Below are positions 1 to 14,994 of a stretch of 64,000 nucleotides of DNA, one piece after another. This DNA comes from Eledone cirrhosa (Eukaryota), in the NCBI GenBank assembly GCA_964016885.1, contig OZ024762.1:18476001-18540000 (forward strand). The letters are read 5' to 3'. Every line of letters begins with the position of its first letter. Positions within the stretch are counted from its first letter, which is position 1. The translations under genes were made by a program, and so were the position numbers. The notes below the pieces were generated by a model. It saw only the letters and a program-made list of their open reading frames with translations, did not search any database and had not been told where the DNA came from.

Positions 1-45
1 ATATATATATATAATATATATATATATACACACATATATATATGT

Positions 46-106
<61 letters not shown>

Positions 107-207
107 TATATATGCATATATATATATATATACACACACATATATATATGTATGTGTATATATATATAAATACATGTATATATATATACACACACATACA
201 TATATAT

Positions 208-242
<35 letters not shown>

Positions 243-261
243 CACACACACATATATATAT

Positions 262-316
<55 letters not shown>

Positions 317-403
317 TATATATATATATACACACACACACATATATATATATATACACACACACACATATATATATATACACACACACACATATATATA
401 TAT

Positions 404-450
<47 letters not shown>

Positions 451-788
451 CGTGTGAGTGCATTACCTAGAAAACAAGACAAAAAAACAACAAAACTGCA
501 GCCTTTTTAGACACTACAACTATAGACGGCATAAACAGCTGCAACAACAACAGCAGTAATTGACTCTTGTATCCTAGCAACACCACCACCACTGGCACCA
601 CCACCACCACCACCACCACCACCAAACAACAACAACAACAACAACAACAGCAGCGACGAGAACGACGACAGTAACATCAACAGCAAACCCTCATCAGATA
701 ACACAAGAACCAGAAGAAGAAGAACCAGAAGAATAAGAATAAGAATAAGAAGGAAGAGAAAAAGGCAGGACAACTTAGGAAGAGAAAG

Positions 789-853
789 ATGCAGCCACCC
801 TTAACTCTCTGTAATCGGGTGTCCCTCACCTTGTTCACCTGTGTACTTCTCGG
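789..853 (+). CDS. AChBP-like secreted Cys-loop LBD protein, exon 1 (signal peptide MQPPLTLCNRVSLTLFTCVLLG)
   Basis: ATG at 789 is followed by a hydrophobic stretch, and the exon ends GG|GTAGGT (phase 2). This phase matches the single leftover G at the start of the exon at 22644, giving a continuous signal peptide ...VLLG-LTANLSDG. The link across a 21.8-kb intron is inferred. Confidence 0.65.
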
Positions 854-1739
854 GTAGGTAAACAATTTGAACTAACCATTCTGATTGAAACCAAACCCCC
901 TGAATCTGTCCCTTGCTTTTATGATATAAAACTGTTTGTTATGAATTTTAAAAAAAAACATTTTTATCTACAGTTCTTGTATCATAATTTTATGTAAGAA
1001 TATTTGTTTTTGTTAAGTTATGTTTTATTCATTAGCTTAAACAATGAGAAAATTAGTTTTATTATTAACTTTCTACAAATTCTTGATTATTAAAAATAAA
1101 TAATTGAAAAACATAGGCAGTGTCTTTTATTGGAAATATTATAAACCTTATAACGAAAGGTTTAAAGTGTTTAAATTTAAATTTTAGAAAAACAAAAAAA
1201 TCTTAAGTTATGTTCCAAACATGATCCTTAAAATTAGAAAAAAAATATATTAGTAAATTTCTATAAATTTTTGAAAATAACTGAAGATCATACGCAGTGT
1301 CTTTCATTTGAAATATAATAACGAAAGGGTTAAGGTGTTTATTTATATATAAATTTAAAAGTTCCATCATAACTATATGTAAAAAAATCTTCAAGTTATG
1401 TTCGAAACATCAGCTTAAAAAATTTCTTCAAATTCTTGATTATTTAAAAAAAATCTTTAAAAATTATAGGCAGTGTTTTTCATTAGAAAAATGATAACGA
1501 AAGGGTTAAAATGTTTATATTTAAATTTTAATTTTTCACAATAATTCTTTTTTTCTCCGTCTATGTAATTTATTTAATATACAAAATCTCACAATGTCAT
1601 GTAAAGCCATTGACATTATATTTGAGCAGTATTTAATAAAAAAAACAAAAACATACTACTAAAGGGAACAGAAAAAAATTAGGGATCAAGCGGCGAAAGA
1701 AGGGGAGAGAGGGAGGGAAGTCACTACATCCCAATTTGT

Positions 1740-2000
1740 TCGGTGCCTCAACCGCGCCCCGCGGACAAAATGGTAAAAGTGCTAGCGCAGAGAATGGCCC
1801 AGAGACACCCGCTTCAAAGGCCACCTCACTGGGCTCCCTCCTCAAGCGGGTCGCTGTCTTTCCGACTTTACGGAAGAAATCAGCAGTGAGGGAACCAAAG
1901 ACGCCAGAGGTCTCGACGGAGACCGGTGCAAAGAGGAAGCGGTCGGTCAAGCCCCGGTATTTGACTATCTTCCTCTCCTTCATATTGCGGGCAGGGGAGC
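1740..2000 (-). mobile_element. Fragment of an RLE-type (CRE-like) non-LTR retrotransposon endonuclease C-terminus
   Basis: ORF reads ERKIVKYRGLTDRFLFAPVSVETSGVFG, matching the KxxKY...FxPxxxETxGxxG motif of restriction-like-endonuclease elements. It is a GC-rich island in AT-rich DNA. Confidence 0.65.
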
Positions 2001-2136
2001 CCGGATTTGAATTGCAAAATTCCCCTAAATTCTTGATTAATTAAAAAATTATTTAAAAATTACATGCAATGTTTTTTTTTTTTCTATTAGAAATATGTTA
2101 AGGAAATGTCTAATGTATTTCCCCTTCACGTCTCAG

Positions 2137-2433
2137 CAGAGTTCGATTTAGACCTTGGGGGCCAGGGATATTTCAGGTTTTGGGGGCCCCTCATACACAC
2201 AAAATTAGAATACACCCCCCCCCCCCATTTTACATATCAAAGTTAGCTTGGTGCAAGTAATTGGAATTGAGAAGTTAATCATACAGGTATTTCAAAAAAG
2301 AATTAACCACCCTAAAACTAAAAAGCCCAACTGAGGGCACAACTAAATTGCTGCGGCTGTCGCTGGTGAGGCCCTTCCTCCACTGCAAGGGGCCCGGGGA
2401 AATCCCCCCCCCTTCCCCCTAAATACGGTCATG
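2137..2433. mobile_element. hAT-like MITE
   Basis: 8-bp direct repeat CGTCTCAG at 2129-2136 and 2434-2441, with degenerate CAG...ATTTA / TAAAT...ATG termini. A related reversed partial copy lies at about 26113-26355. Confidence 0.65.
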
Positions 2434-2594
2434 CGTCTCAGGTACATCCTGTCGAAGGTTTGTTTTATCATCTTATCTCATTAAACACCCCACCTCACCC
2501 TTGTCTGGTTTTTAACACCCAGGTACTTATATAAAGTTCACTCGTATTTTTCACCCTACCTGTCTCTTGCTAATTAAACCCCTGCCCATTTATT

Positions 2595-2955
2595 TCTCCC
2601 CCTCTCTCACACACACACTCTCTCTTTCTCGTCATCTCTCTCTCCCCCTTTCTCACATACTATCTCACTATCTCTCTCTCTCACACACACTCTCTCTTTC
2701 TCGTTTTTTCTCTCTCCCCCTTTCTCACACACTCTCTCACTATCTCTCTCTCTCACACACACTCTCTCTTTCTCGTTTTTTCTCACTCCCCCTTTCTCAC
2801 ACACTCTCTCACTATCTCTCTCTCTCACACACTCTCTCTTTCTCGTTTTTTCTCACTCCCCCTTTCTCCCACACTCTCTCTCACTATCTCTCTCTCTCAC
2901 ACACACTCTCTCTTTCTCGTTTTTTCTCTCTCCCCCTTTCTCACACACTCTCTCA

Positions 2956-3017
<62 letters not shown>

Positions 3018-3035
3018 CTCCCTCCTCTCTCTCAC
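2595..3035. repeat. ~70-bp CT/CA-rich minisatellite
   Basis: Repeated unit cacactctctctttctcgttttttctc...ccccctttctcacacactctctcactatc. Confidence 0.8.
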
Positions 3036-3069
3036 ACCTTTCCTGTTTTACCCACCTATATATATATAT

Positions 3070-3575
3070 ACGACGCGTTGGTCGTCCGTCGGTTTCGACG
3101 ATGAATGTCCCAGTTGTTCGATCAATGGATCAACCAGCTCGTCAAATTAACGTGCAAGTGGCTGAGCATTCCATAAACACGTGTACCTTTGATATAATTC
3201 TCAGGGAGATTCAGCATGACACTGTCTGAAAATATTGGCCCTTAAAATTACACGTACAGTCTATTTTGTATTATAGAGTAAGTGCCTGAACATTCGATAG
3301 ACATGTATACAATTAACGTAGTCCTCAGGGAGATTCAGTGTGACAGTGTGCGACATATCTGATCCTTTGAATTACAGGTACAGTCCTTCTTATATTATAG
3401 ATTTAGTGGCTGAGTATTCCACAGACACATGTACTCTTAATAGTTCTCAGGGAGATTCGGCCTGACACAGTGTGTGTGTGGCTGAGTATTCCACAGACAC
3501 ATGATGTACCCATATCGTAATTCTCAGGGAGATTCAGCATAGCACAATGTATGTGGCTGAGTATTCCACAGACAT
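3070..3575 (-). mobile_element. Tandemly duplicated octopus-type SINE segments (gtggctgagtattccacagacac...ctcagggagattcagc)
   Basis: The motif recurs about five times here and again at 5320-5725 and 6705-6780. Confidence 0.6.
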
Positions 3576-3580
3576 ATTAA

Positions 3581-3859
3581 CGCTTTAGCATTCACATTAC
3601 TCTATATTTACTATTGTATTTTCATGGTAAAGGCTTTACCTCACATAATATCTCACATAACATTTACATTACTCTATATTTCGTATTTTATTTTCAAGGT
3701 AAAGGCTTTACCTCACATAATATTGAATCTATGAGATTTTGATGTTATTTATTTTGAGAACAATACCTTAACGTCAGTATGAGTGACCAGTTACGGCCAG
3801 TTTGAATAAACAGAGGTGAGAGATTATGGCCGGAAACGGTGGGTTTAAATGCTAAAGGG
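3581..3859. mobile_element. piggyBac-like MITE
   Basis: TTAA on both sides with TIRs C(G/C)CTTTAGCATT...AATGCTAAAGGG. A homologous copy in the opposite orientation lies at 33478-33670. Confidence 0.75.
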
Positions 3860-4660
3860 TTAAAGACCCCCTTCGGTCACGAATGGCCATAGGATATATA
3901 CCTAGAAAGTTCCCATCCGGAGTTCAAGTCCGGGCAAGGTTGTTTGTGGAAGACCAACAGTTACCCATACATACCAGTCTCCCCTCTCCACACCACTGAT
4001 GTTGTCCAAGGGAAAGGCAATGGCTGATACAGCTTGGCACAGTGATGTCCAACTACCGGTCCGCGGAAAGATTGTCTGGCATGAAGCCGGACCGTAGTAT
4101 AAAAAAAGGTTGGAGACCACTGCCTTGCGGTATTCGTTTCGGCTCTCTACCACCTGAGTTCAAATCCCGCCGAGGTCAATTTGCCTTTCATTTATCCGAG
4201 GTTGATAAACATGTACCAGTCTAGTACTGGGGTTGATTCTTTCTCTATATCTTTTTCTCACTTCCATTTTCTCACTCCCTATTCTTCCCTGGAAGGTTTT
4301 AAAACGCCCTAGATATATCGTGTGTCAATATGTCACCCTCACAATTCCCACATGAGTTACGGGTCCATACATATCTGTAAAATACTCAACATCATATTCC
4401 AAGAGGGACTGCAACTGTATTTCAAAGGGACAGTTGCTTGATCACCAGAATAGCCTGCTCATGAAATTAACGTGCAAGTGTCTAAGCATTCCACAGAGGT
4501 TGATAAAAAAAGTATCAGTCTGGTATTGGGGGTCAATTCTTCCTCTCTATCTCTTTCTCAAGTCCATTCTCTCTCTCTGTTTATACCTAAGGGCGAACTA
4601 GCAGAGTCGTTAGAACATCAAATAGACTGCTTAGCAGTATTCATTACGTTTCTCGTTTCT

Positions 4661-5055
4661 CTGCGGTGAATTGGCAGTATCGGTAGAGGGTCGGACGCCA
4701 TGCTTTCCAGCATAGTTACGTCCCTTTACGATCTGAGTTCAAATCCCGTCGAGGTTGACTTTGCCTTTCATCCTTACGGGGTGAGATAAAATAAAGTACC
4801 AGTAATGCACTGGGTAATTTGCTGGCCATGTGCCAAAAGTAGAAATAATTATTTATGACAACAAGGGTAATGGATTGGCAGTATCGGTAGAGGGTCAGAT
4901 GCCATGCTTTCCAGCATAGAGTTATGTCCCTTTACGATCTGAGTTCAAATCCCGCCGAGGTTGACTTTGCCTTTCATCCTTACGGGGTCGATAAAATAAA
5001 GTACCAGTAATGCACTGGGTAATTGCTGGCCTTGTGCCTAAAGTAGAAACAATTA
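4661..5055 (+). mobile_element. Two tandem copies of the dominant ~190-bp tRNA-derived SINE
   Basis: A-box-like TGGCAGTATCGGT, B-box GTTCAAATCC, core GCCTTTCATCCTTACGGGGTCGATAAAATAAAGTACCAG and tail GTAGAAACAATTA. There are many near-identical copies in the window. Confidence 0.85.
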
Positions 5056-6002
5056 CGTTTCTCTGCTCTCAGACTTCAAATCCTACTGAGGTCAACTTTT
5101 ATCTATTTCAGGTCGATAAAAAAGTACCAGTGAAGTACTGGGATCAATTCTCTCTCTCTCTCTCTCTCTCTCCTTCTGTTGAAGAAATCTGCTGCATTCA
5201 GGCCTGGAAACACCATATGTCGATACAGTGCCTCTACGACTCCCTCAGGAGTTATGGGTCCATAACATGATAAGTTTCAGCCATCTGCTCTAAAATCCCT
5301 AATGGATTGTGTATTGGACCTCCGTCGGTTTTCGACGACGAGTGCTCCAGTTGGTTCGATCCGCAGTACTGCCAGTACTGAAATTAACGTGTAAGTGGCT
5401 GAGTATTCCACAGACACGTACACCCTTAACGTAGTTCTCAGGGAGATTCATCATGGCACAGTATCTAACGAGGCTGTGTAAGTGGTTGTTGGATCTGCGT
5501 CGTTTCCGACGACGAGTGCTCCAGTTGATTTAATCCACAGTACTGCCAGCTCGTGAAATTAACGTGTAAGTGGCTGAGCTACTCGCTGACATCTGCTCCC
5601 TTCAGAAATTTCTCAGGGAGATTCCGTGTGACATAATGTTTGACAAGGCCGTCTCCTTGAATTACAGGTGCATTTGAAATTTGCCAGCTGAGTGGACTGG
5701 GGCAACATGAAATGAAGTGTCTTGCTCTGTATGTGTGTTTAAAAGGGTTAATCTTGTCACTTATTTCCCTACTCACACGCACACACATACATACATACAC
5801 ATACAGGCATCCCCAGACACCCCCAATCCCACAGGCCCTCCCCCTCATACACATAGACCACGTCACACGACTGAAGATTGTGTTAATTGTGTATAGATAA
5901 CCAAGATTCATGACCATAGGTAATGACCGAAAGAATATGATCGCGAACATAAGCGGCCCAAATGGAATTCCCCCGTATGGTTCTGGAGTAATGTTACAGT
6001 AT

Positions 6003-6690
6003 GTAGCTCAGAGATCAGAGAGTCACTCCAGGTAGAACTGCTGCTTCTCAGAATTGAGAGATCACAGCTCCGAAACTATGGGCATGTGATTAAAGAATGT
6101 CTCAGGAAAGAATCACTGGACAGATTTGTAGCTCAGAGATCAGAGAGTCAATCTAGGTAGAACTGCTGCTTCTCAGAATTGAGAGATCACAGCTCCGAAA
6201 CTATGGGCATGTGATTAAAGAATGTCTCAGGAAAGAATCACTGGACAGATTTGTAGCTCAGAGATCAGAGAGTCAATCTAGGTAGAACTGCTGCTTCTCA
6301 GAATTGAGAGATCACAGCTCCGAAACTATGGGCATGTGATTAAAGAATGTCTCAGGAAAGAATCACTGGACAGATTTGTAGCTCAGAGATCAGAGAGTCA
6401 CTCCAGGTAGAGCTGCTGCTTCTCAGAATTGAGAGATCACAGCTCCGAAACTATGGGCATGTGATTAAAGAATGTCGCAGGAAAGAATCGCATGACAGAT
6501 TTTACGGGGGCAAAACCAACTGGCAAGAGACCCAGGGGTAGACCTCGAGCAAGATGGTTGGATAACATCCATGAGTTCGGCTGGTCTTGGTTGGGGATCC
6601 AGCCAGATCTGTTGGAGACAGTTGCTTCTGTCAGAACCTGCTGGAAGGAGTTTTTGAGGATTCTGACCCCACGATCATCTCAAGAATAAG
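6003..6690 (+). mobile_element. RTE-like LINE 3' fragment with an internal 125-bp tandem amplification (~4 copies)
   Basis: Unit starts at 6003, 6128, 6253 and 6378. Encodes IRESLQVELLLLRIERSQLRNYGHV...GKRPRGRPRARWLDNI (RTE C-terminus). A related reversed fragment lies at about 27020-27320. Confidence 0.8.
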
Positions 6691-6890
6691 TGGGCGAAGT
6701 AGTAGAGAATTCCACAGACATGTGTATCTTTAACATAATTCTCAGGGAGATTCAGCATACCACAGCGTGTATGACAAGGTTACCCCTTACAGTCCATCCG
6801 ACGGGCTTCCGAACAGTTTCTGTCTGCCAAATTTCCTTCATGGAGCATGGGTCAACACGAGGCTGCGGTAAATGACATTTACATAGGATG

Positions 6891-6929
<39 letters not shown>

Positions 6930-7319
6930 TACAGACACACAAACACACATACAGAAACACAAACACTCATACAGACACACACACACACATACATACACAC
7001 ACACAAACACACAGACACACAAACACACATACAGACACACACACACATACACTTACACACACACACATACACTTACACACACACACAAACACACATACAG
7101 ACACACAAGCACACACACATATAGACACACAAACACATATACATACACACAGTTACACACACACATATAGACACACAAACACACATACAGACACAAACAC
7201 ATATACATACACACAGTTACACACACACACACACACACACAGACAGACAGACACACACCCACACACACAAACGCACACACACACACACACACACACAAAC
7301 AAACACACACAAATGCGCG

Positions 7320-7387
<68 letters not shown>

Positions 7388-8002
7388 TGCACACACAGAT
7401 ACACACAGATACACATACATAAATCCGATAGGAAGTAATGTTCAAAGAGGAAAAAAATATAAAAATAATGGTGGTGGTGGTGATGGTGTTGGTGGTGATG
7501 GTGGTGATGGTGTTGGTGGTGGTGATGGTGATGATGGTGTTGGTGGTGGTGGTGGTGGTGATGCTGATGGTGATGATGGTGATTGTGGTGATGGTGATGA
7601 TGGTGTTGGTGGTGGTGATGGTGATGGTGGTGATGGTGGTGATGGTGTTGGCGATGGTGGTGATGGTGATGGTGATGATGGTGGTGATGGCGATGATGAT
7701 GTTAGTGATGATGATGGTGATGGTGGTGATGGCGATTGTGATGGTGGTGATGATGGTGCTGGTGATGATGATGGTGATAGTGATGATGATGGTGATGCTG
7801 GGTAGCTACATACAGCGTTGATATGTCGCCCCAATGTGTATTTCTTGGCAAAAAGCGTGACTGATAAAGTAGAAAGAGAATGAAATACTGACTGACAGAG
7901 CGTGTCAAGATGAACATCAGAAATAGACAAAATTATATATATATATATGTATATATGTATATATGTATATATATATGTATATATGTATATATATATATAT
8001 AA

Positions 8003-8146
<144 letters not shown>

Positions 8147-8358
8147 GTATATATATATATATATATATATAAATGTATATATATATATAAATGTATATAT
8201 ATATATGTATATATATGTATATATATATGTATATATGTATGTATATATATATGTATAATTAATATATATATGTTAATATATTTATATATTAATATTATAT
8301 ATATATATATATATAAATATATATATATACATATACATATATATTTATATATTTATAC

Positions 8359-8389
<31 letters not shown>

Positions 8390-8514
8390 CATATATATAC
8401 ATATATATATATACATATATATATACATATATACATATATATATACATATATACATATATATATACATATATATATACATATATACATATATACATATAT
8501 ATATACATATATAT

Positions 8515-8567
<53 letters not shown>

Positions 8568-8618
8568 CATATATATATACATATATATATAAATACATAT
8601 ATACATATATATATATAA

Positions 8619-8665
<47 letters not shown>

Positions 8666-9020
8666 AATACATATATACATATATATATATATATACATAT
8701 ATACATATATATACATATATATATATATATAAATACATATATACATATATATTTATAAATACATATATACATATATATATATAAATACATATATACATAT
8801 ATATATATAAATACATATATACATATATATATATATAACATGATGCATACGTTTTTGCACCAGTGCATAATACAATCATTAAAACAAAGAAAAAAGCATA
8901 TTTTTTCGTTTGTACAGAGGTGAGTCCCCTTGGGGCTGGAGGGGAAAAATAGATTATATAACATGCCAAGACGATGTAGGAATTATATATATATGTATAC
9001 GTATATATATATATGTATAC

Positions 9021-9065
<45 letters not shown>

Positions 9066-9181
9066 CATGTGTATATGTATGTATGTACGTGTGTGTGTAT
9101 TAATATATGTGCGTGAGTGCGTGATGCCGGAAGATTTCGCAAATGCCATATATGTATATATAAATATATTATATATATTTG

Positions 9182-9219
<38 letters not shown>

Positions 9220-10215
9220 CATATATATATATCTACGTACGTATGTTTGGAAAAATATATAATACACATATATACACACACACGAACATATATATATATA
9301 TATATATAAATATATACACATATACTATATATATAATTACACACACAAACACACATGTATCTATTTATATAAAAACAACAACACATTTCACTATGTTTGT
9401 TCAAAGGTGGGTCCCCTAGAGATGAAATGTTTATATTTGAAAGTCGTCCAATAATACCAACGGGGAAAGGAAAATACAAAGGATTAGATCACCTTATTTG
9501 GGTGTCATAACAGAAAACAGATTTTTTTGACACCTCAAACTTTTGGACACCCCTCTCCCTCGATGTTGAGTGGGCGGCCTAATACTTTTTGTTAGAAGTT
9601 AGAACATTATATTAACACCATATAAATATATGTATATGTATATACATTATATATATTATATATATGTAAATATATACACATGTATATATATGTAAATATA
9701 TAAATGTATAAATATGTAAATATATATATATATATACAATTCTTTTGTCTCTTTGTCTGTCTGTCTTTTCCTTATGCATTTTCAAAAGGCTCGACCAAAT
9801 CAAATCAAATTTTACAAGGTATTAGAGTCTGGGATTAAGAACATGCAATTTTTATTTTCATTTGGATTTAAACAATATTTTATCTAAAATATTCTACTAT
9901 AGTCAACTATAAGTAAACGACATTTACAACATGACGACGTCACATTTTGTATATGAGTGTGTAGGTGTCTGTGAGTATGTGTGTGTTTGACACTAACAAA
10001 AAATTACACAATGAATATTGTTTACCCTGATGTGTTTCAAGATTGACAGTTTCCATATCTAAATTCTATTATCATTACAATTTTGATATTTAAAAAAATA
10101 AAATATAGATATTTTGAAATAAATATGAGAAAAATATATATATACTTTCATATTTATTGTCTACTAATCTGAATAAGAACAGCAGTAACCTGGGAAACGC
10201 CGGATCATTCAGCTA

Positions 10216-10280
<65 letters not shown>

Positions 10281-10566
10281 TACATACATGTCATACATAA
10301 GTAAATTTGTCACTAATATACATAAAATCTCAAGGAAAAGAGATCGCTAAAAATCTCAACCAGAGAAGCAAATACCGATATAACATCTTGCACAAAGTCA
10401 CTGAGGGGTAGATCTCAATAATGTAATCTAAACAAACCCCGCGTGGCGAAATGTTTTTACATTACTTCATTAATCAGTGAGTTTTGTACAAGATGTGTAT
10501 ACTCTACCAACGTATTGAGTACCTTCTTTAACTGTGGTTATCCCCCGACGCCACTCGGTAACCCAC

Positions 10567-10621
<55 letters not shown>

Positions 10622-10870
10622 CAAATAAAGTGTGGTAAGAAACCAGGTGGACCATAACGCACCAGAGTACTCAATACTTAGGGTAGTAGAGTGGGTATGT
10701 ATAATAAAGCCAAAACAATGCAGGTATGGACATAGAATAAAGAATGCAAATGCAAAAGATATTGTTGACAATTAGTCTTTTACCTTAGATTTATTTAAAT
10801 GTCCTTAATTTTCGAGATAATATCTCTTCTTCGGAGGGAAGTAAAGCGGTTAAACCAGTGTTCTAAATAG

Positions 10871-10930
<60 letters not shown>

Positions 10931-11106
10931 AATGGATTCTACAGGACTAGAACTTTTTCATTCGAAAGAAATCATCATCCTGATGATTTTCTTCGAATGA
11001 AACAGTTCTAGTCCCGTAGAAGCCATTTATATATTAAATATTGTTGCATATATTCTACTAATGTATTGCGTACCTTACTTGTTATAGTTACCCCAGATTG
11101 TACCCG

Positions 11107-11138
<32 letters not shown>

Positions 11139-11142
11139 ACCG

Positions 11143-11183
<41 letters not shown>

Positions 11184-11742
11184 TAAGTATAAGTATGACG
11201 GTGCTTCTTCTGGTGCATTGAAAAAATAATAAGTCAATTGAAAAAGCTACGCCCATTCCCTAGCTAGACCGGGAGACATTTTTTTTTAATGCTTTCCTAA
11301 GAACGGAGGAGAAAAGGATGAGAAATATGTATATATAAATAATAACTAGTGAACTAAATAAATATATAGGGGAAAGGATAAGTAAATAAAGTAGGCTAAT
11401 GGATGGGGGTGTACTACATCCAACGCAGAGTTTTACCTTATCGAGACTTCTGGTACCACACAAGACACTTACATAAACTGTGACCTCTAAAATAAAGCGA
11501 GGGCGGACAAGAAGAAGAAAAGTTGTAGAATTTATTTATTTTATCCATTATCTTTATTTGTATCAGTATTTGGGGAGTTATGTTGTTGGTAGGCGGCAAA
11601 CTGTCGTTAGAACGTTCGATAGAAAGATTCTCGGCGGTATTCCGACTCTTTAAGTTCAAAGTTCAAATCTTGCCGAGATCAACATTACCTTTCATTCTAT
11701 CGGGTCAATAAACGAAGTCTCATTCGAACACATACACACACA

Positions 11743-11840
<98 letters not shown>

Positions 11841-11844
11841 ATAA

Positions 11845-12035
11845 TAATTGTTTCTACTTTTGGCACAAGGCCAGCAATTACTCAGTGTATTACTGGTACT
11901 TTATTTTATCGACCCCGTAAGGATGAAAGGCACAAGTTAACCTCCGTGGGATTTGAATTCAGAATGGAAAGGGCCGTAACTCTATGCGTCAAAGCATGGT
12001 GTCCGCCCCTCTACCGATACTGCCAATCCACCCAA
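11845..12035 (-). mobile_element. tRNA-derived SINE copy
   Basis: Reverse complement of the dominant SINE. Confidence 0.85.
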
Positions 12036-12072
12036 AAGACGGTTACTTTAGTCCATCCCAATATATATATAC

Positions 12073-12171
<99 letters not shown>

Positions 12172-12196
12172 CATACATACATATATATATATATAC

Positions 12197-12231
<35 letters not shown>

Positions 12232-12319
12232 CATACATATATATATATATATATACATACATACATATATATATATACATACATACATATATATACATAC
12301 CTATATATATATACATACC

Positions 12320-12379
<60 letters not shown>

Positions 12380-12609
12380 AGTGTATTTATCTATGTACGT
12401 ATAAAGTAATGCAGACCCGTCCGACGGGGAGATCCCACTCACTTTTGCGTGGGTGAGAGGAGTCTTCTCTTGTGAAAATGGGTATAACTTTCATTATGGA
12501 AAATCTCTCCATTTTACCTCATCTCTCCCTGTTTTGGGGTACTATTTTTCATGGTACTCCCCGCTTGGGTTTTTAGAGGTTATCACGCCTGATTATATAT
12601 ATATTTACA

Positions 12610-12646
<37 letters not shown>

Positions 12647-13250
12647 AAAAGAGTCAGGGGCCCTGACTCTTTTCCTATTACCCACTCTACTACCCTAAGT
12701 ATTGAGTACTTATGGTTCATCTGTTGTCTTACCACACCTTCTTTGTTATATATATATACAATGTTTAATATAGGAATGGCTTCTACAGGACTAGAACTGT
12801 TTCATTCGAAGGAAATCATCAGGAAAGCGGGATACACACACACACATATATTTTAAACATATTTGCGCATGTATATATTTATGCACGTATAAAGTATGTA
12901 TGGATCCTACGTACCCTAAATGAAAAAGAACCCATCAAAGATAAATGACCCCTAGTGAAGGTAATAAATAAATGAATGAAAAAATAAACAAATAACTAAC
13001 CATATCTGTAGATTCATCAATTTCTAGATAGTTCTGTCGACCAAAATATTCGAGAAGAAACTTTGGCAGCCATCTTTTAAAACTTTATATTTAGGCGGAG
13101 AAGATTTTTGTTGCTTTTACTCAAGAAAAGCTGTCGTATATAGCCATACTTTCGTATGTTCATACAAGTACAGATACAGACTCATGGAATACATACATTT
13201 TCTCGCACTATATATGTGGTTGTATCAGTATGTATATATATATATGTATG

Positions 13251-13445
13251 CAGACCAGTCAACTCTTCCCCGTCTGATGGGAAGCTGCCACCCATTTTTG
13301 GGTGGGTGGGATGTCTTCTCTTGTGAAAATGGGGGGTATAGCTTTCATTATGTAAAATCTCCCCATTTTGCCTCATTTCTCCCCGTTTTGAGGCACTTTT
13401 CTTCATGATATTCCCCGTTTGGGTTTTTAGAGGTTGGCAGGTCTG
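13251..13445. mobile_element. MITE with CAGACC-type TIRs; related partial copy at 12412-12590
   Basis: CAGACCAGTCAAC...GTTGGCAGGTCTG termini, with internal similarity to 12412-12590. Confidence 0.55.
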
Positions 13446-13551
13446 GGATATATATATATATATATATATACTCCAGTCCAATAAACTGTTGAGTGCTACT
13501 TATCCGATATTTGCATTGCTTTATTGGTCTACAATAAAACTCACCTCCTAC

Positions 13552-13592
<41 letters not shown>

Positions 13593-13791
13593 TCATCATC
13601 ATCATCATCAACGTTTAACGTCCGTGTTCCACGCTTGCATGGGTTTGGACGGGGGTTTTCCCACTTGAGGCAAGAGTGATTGTCTTGCTCGCATAGGACT
13701 GTCTGGCGGGTTTTCTACCGCTCGATGCCCTTCCTAACACCAACCACATTTACAGTGTGGGGCTGGGAGGTTTTTACCGTGTTGCCTACAC

Positions 13792-13826
<35 letters not shown>

Positions 13827-13932
13827 ATATGTGTATGGTCTTCGAGTTTATATTTTTTAATTCTCACCAACAGAGAGAGAACGAGAGAACAGATTTCTAA
13901 CACAGAGACAAAACTTTGTTTATTATAAATAT

Positions 13933-14117
13933 GTGGATTGGCAGTATCGGTAGAGGGTCGGACGCCATGCTTTCCAGCATAGTTACGTCCCTTTACGATC
14001 TGAGTTCAAATCTCGCCGAGGTTGACTTTGCCTTTCATCCTTACGGGGTCGATAAAATAAAGTACCAGTAATGCACTGGGTAATTGCTGGCCTTGTGCCA
14101 AAAGTAGAAACAATTAT
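13933..14117 (+). mobile_element. tRNA-derived SINE copy
   Basis: Near-consensus full copy. Confidence 0.88.
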
Positions 14118-14131
14118 AAATATATACACTA

Positions 14132-14168
<37 letters not shown>

Positions 14169-14302
14169 GTGAGGTTTTTTTTTTTACAAAATAAAAAATA
14201 ACCGAGGTGTCCTACACGAGTGAAAGTATAAAGAAAAAGAGATGAAATCGAAAATGCAACTGAAGTCTTATTTTTTTTAAAAATATATATATTTATTTGG
14301 TT

Positions 14303-14340
14303 CCTTTACCGGTTTCGCAGTTCTTCTGCTTTTCAAAAGG
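14303..14340 (-). ncRNA. Hammerhead ribozyme, U3-A8 core variant
   Basis: The - strand reads CCTT TTGAAAA GCAG-AAGAA-CTGC GAAA CCGG TA AAGG. An identical motif lies at 39790-39827. Confidence 0.65.
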
Positions 14341-14762
14341 TGAGTTGAGATGGAGGGTCTGTGGATTTTCATATATATATATATATATATATATGAAAGG
14401 TCTTTTAGTGGAAGGGAAGCAGTGACCCTTGCATGCCACCGATGCTGTCCAAGGTAAATGCCGATACAACTTGCCACCAATGATATTGCAAGTTATTATC
14501 AACTGGAAATAAAGTGTCTTGCTCAAAGACACAACACATCACACAGTCCGGGAATCGAACTCACAAGCTCGTGATTGTGAATCTAACTCACCAACCACTT
14601 ATATATATATATATATATAGTTAGAAAAAAAAGCGTTAACGTTTCAGACGTTAGTCTTTCATTGGAATATAGACGAAAAAAGACAAATATCGACGAGGGT
14701 AAAAAAGTAAGAAATAGAAAGCATTTTTCTTTGCAGGAGGAAATCATGTGTGTGCATATATA

Positions 14763-14979
14763 CAGGGTGTCCCCCAAAATGTATACACCGTTTGATTACC
14801 TGTATAGACAATATTTATTAGAATGCACAGCCTTTCCCAAAAATAAAATGATCTACAGACAAAATTCAATTGTATAAAAAAGTATTTAGATAATTTAGAT
14901 ATTTCATATAAAACAGAATTTATTTTAATACATATTTTTTTGCTTTTGATGTGTGTATACATTTTGTTGGGACACTCTG
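14763..14979. mobile_element. Tc1/mariner-type MITE
   Basis: TA|CAGGGTGTCCCCCAAAATGTATACAC...GTGTATACATTTTGTTGGGACACTCTG|TA. Confidence 0.8.
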
Positions 14980-14994
14980 TATATATATATATAT

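Noticed and set aside
42-510. Long YI/HT/CV-rich ORFs here and throughout the window
   Set aside because: Translations of (TA)n, (CA)n and (TACA)n microsatellites that happen to lack stops.
4661-4850. tRNA genes
   Set aside because: The A/B boxes belong to SINE heads and there is no complete cloverleaf.
10800-10840. Additional hammerhead on the - strand (CCGAAGA...GAAA)
   Set aside because: Core is mutated and stem I is unconvincing.
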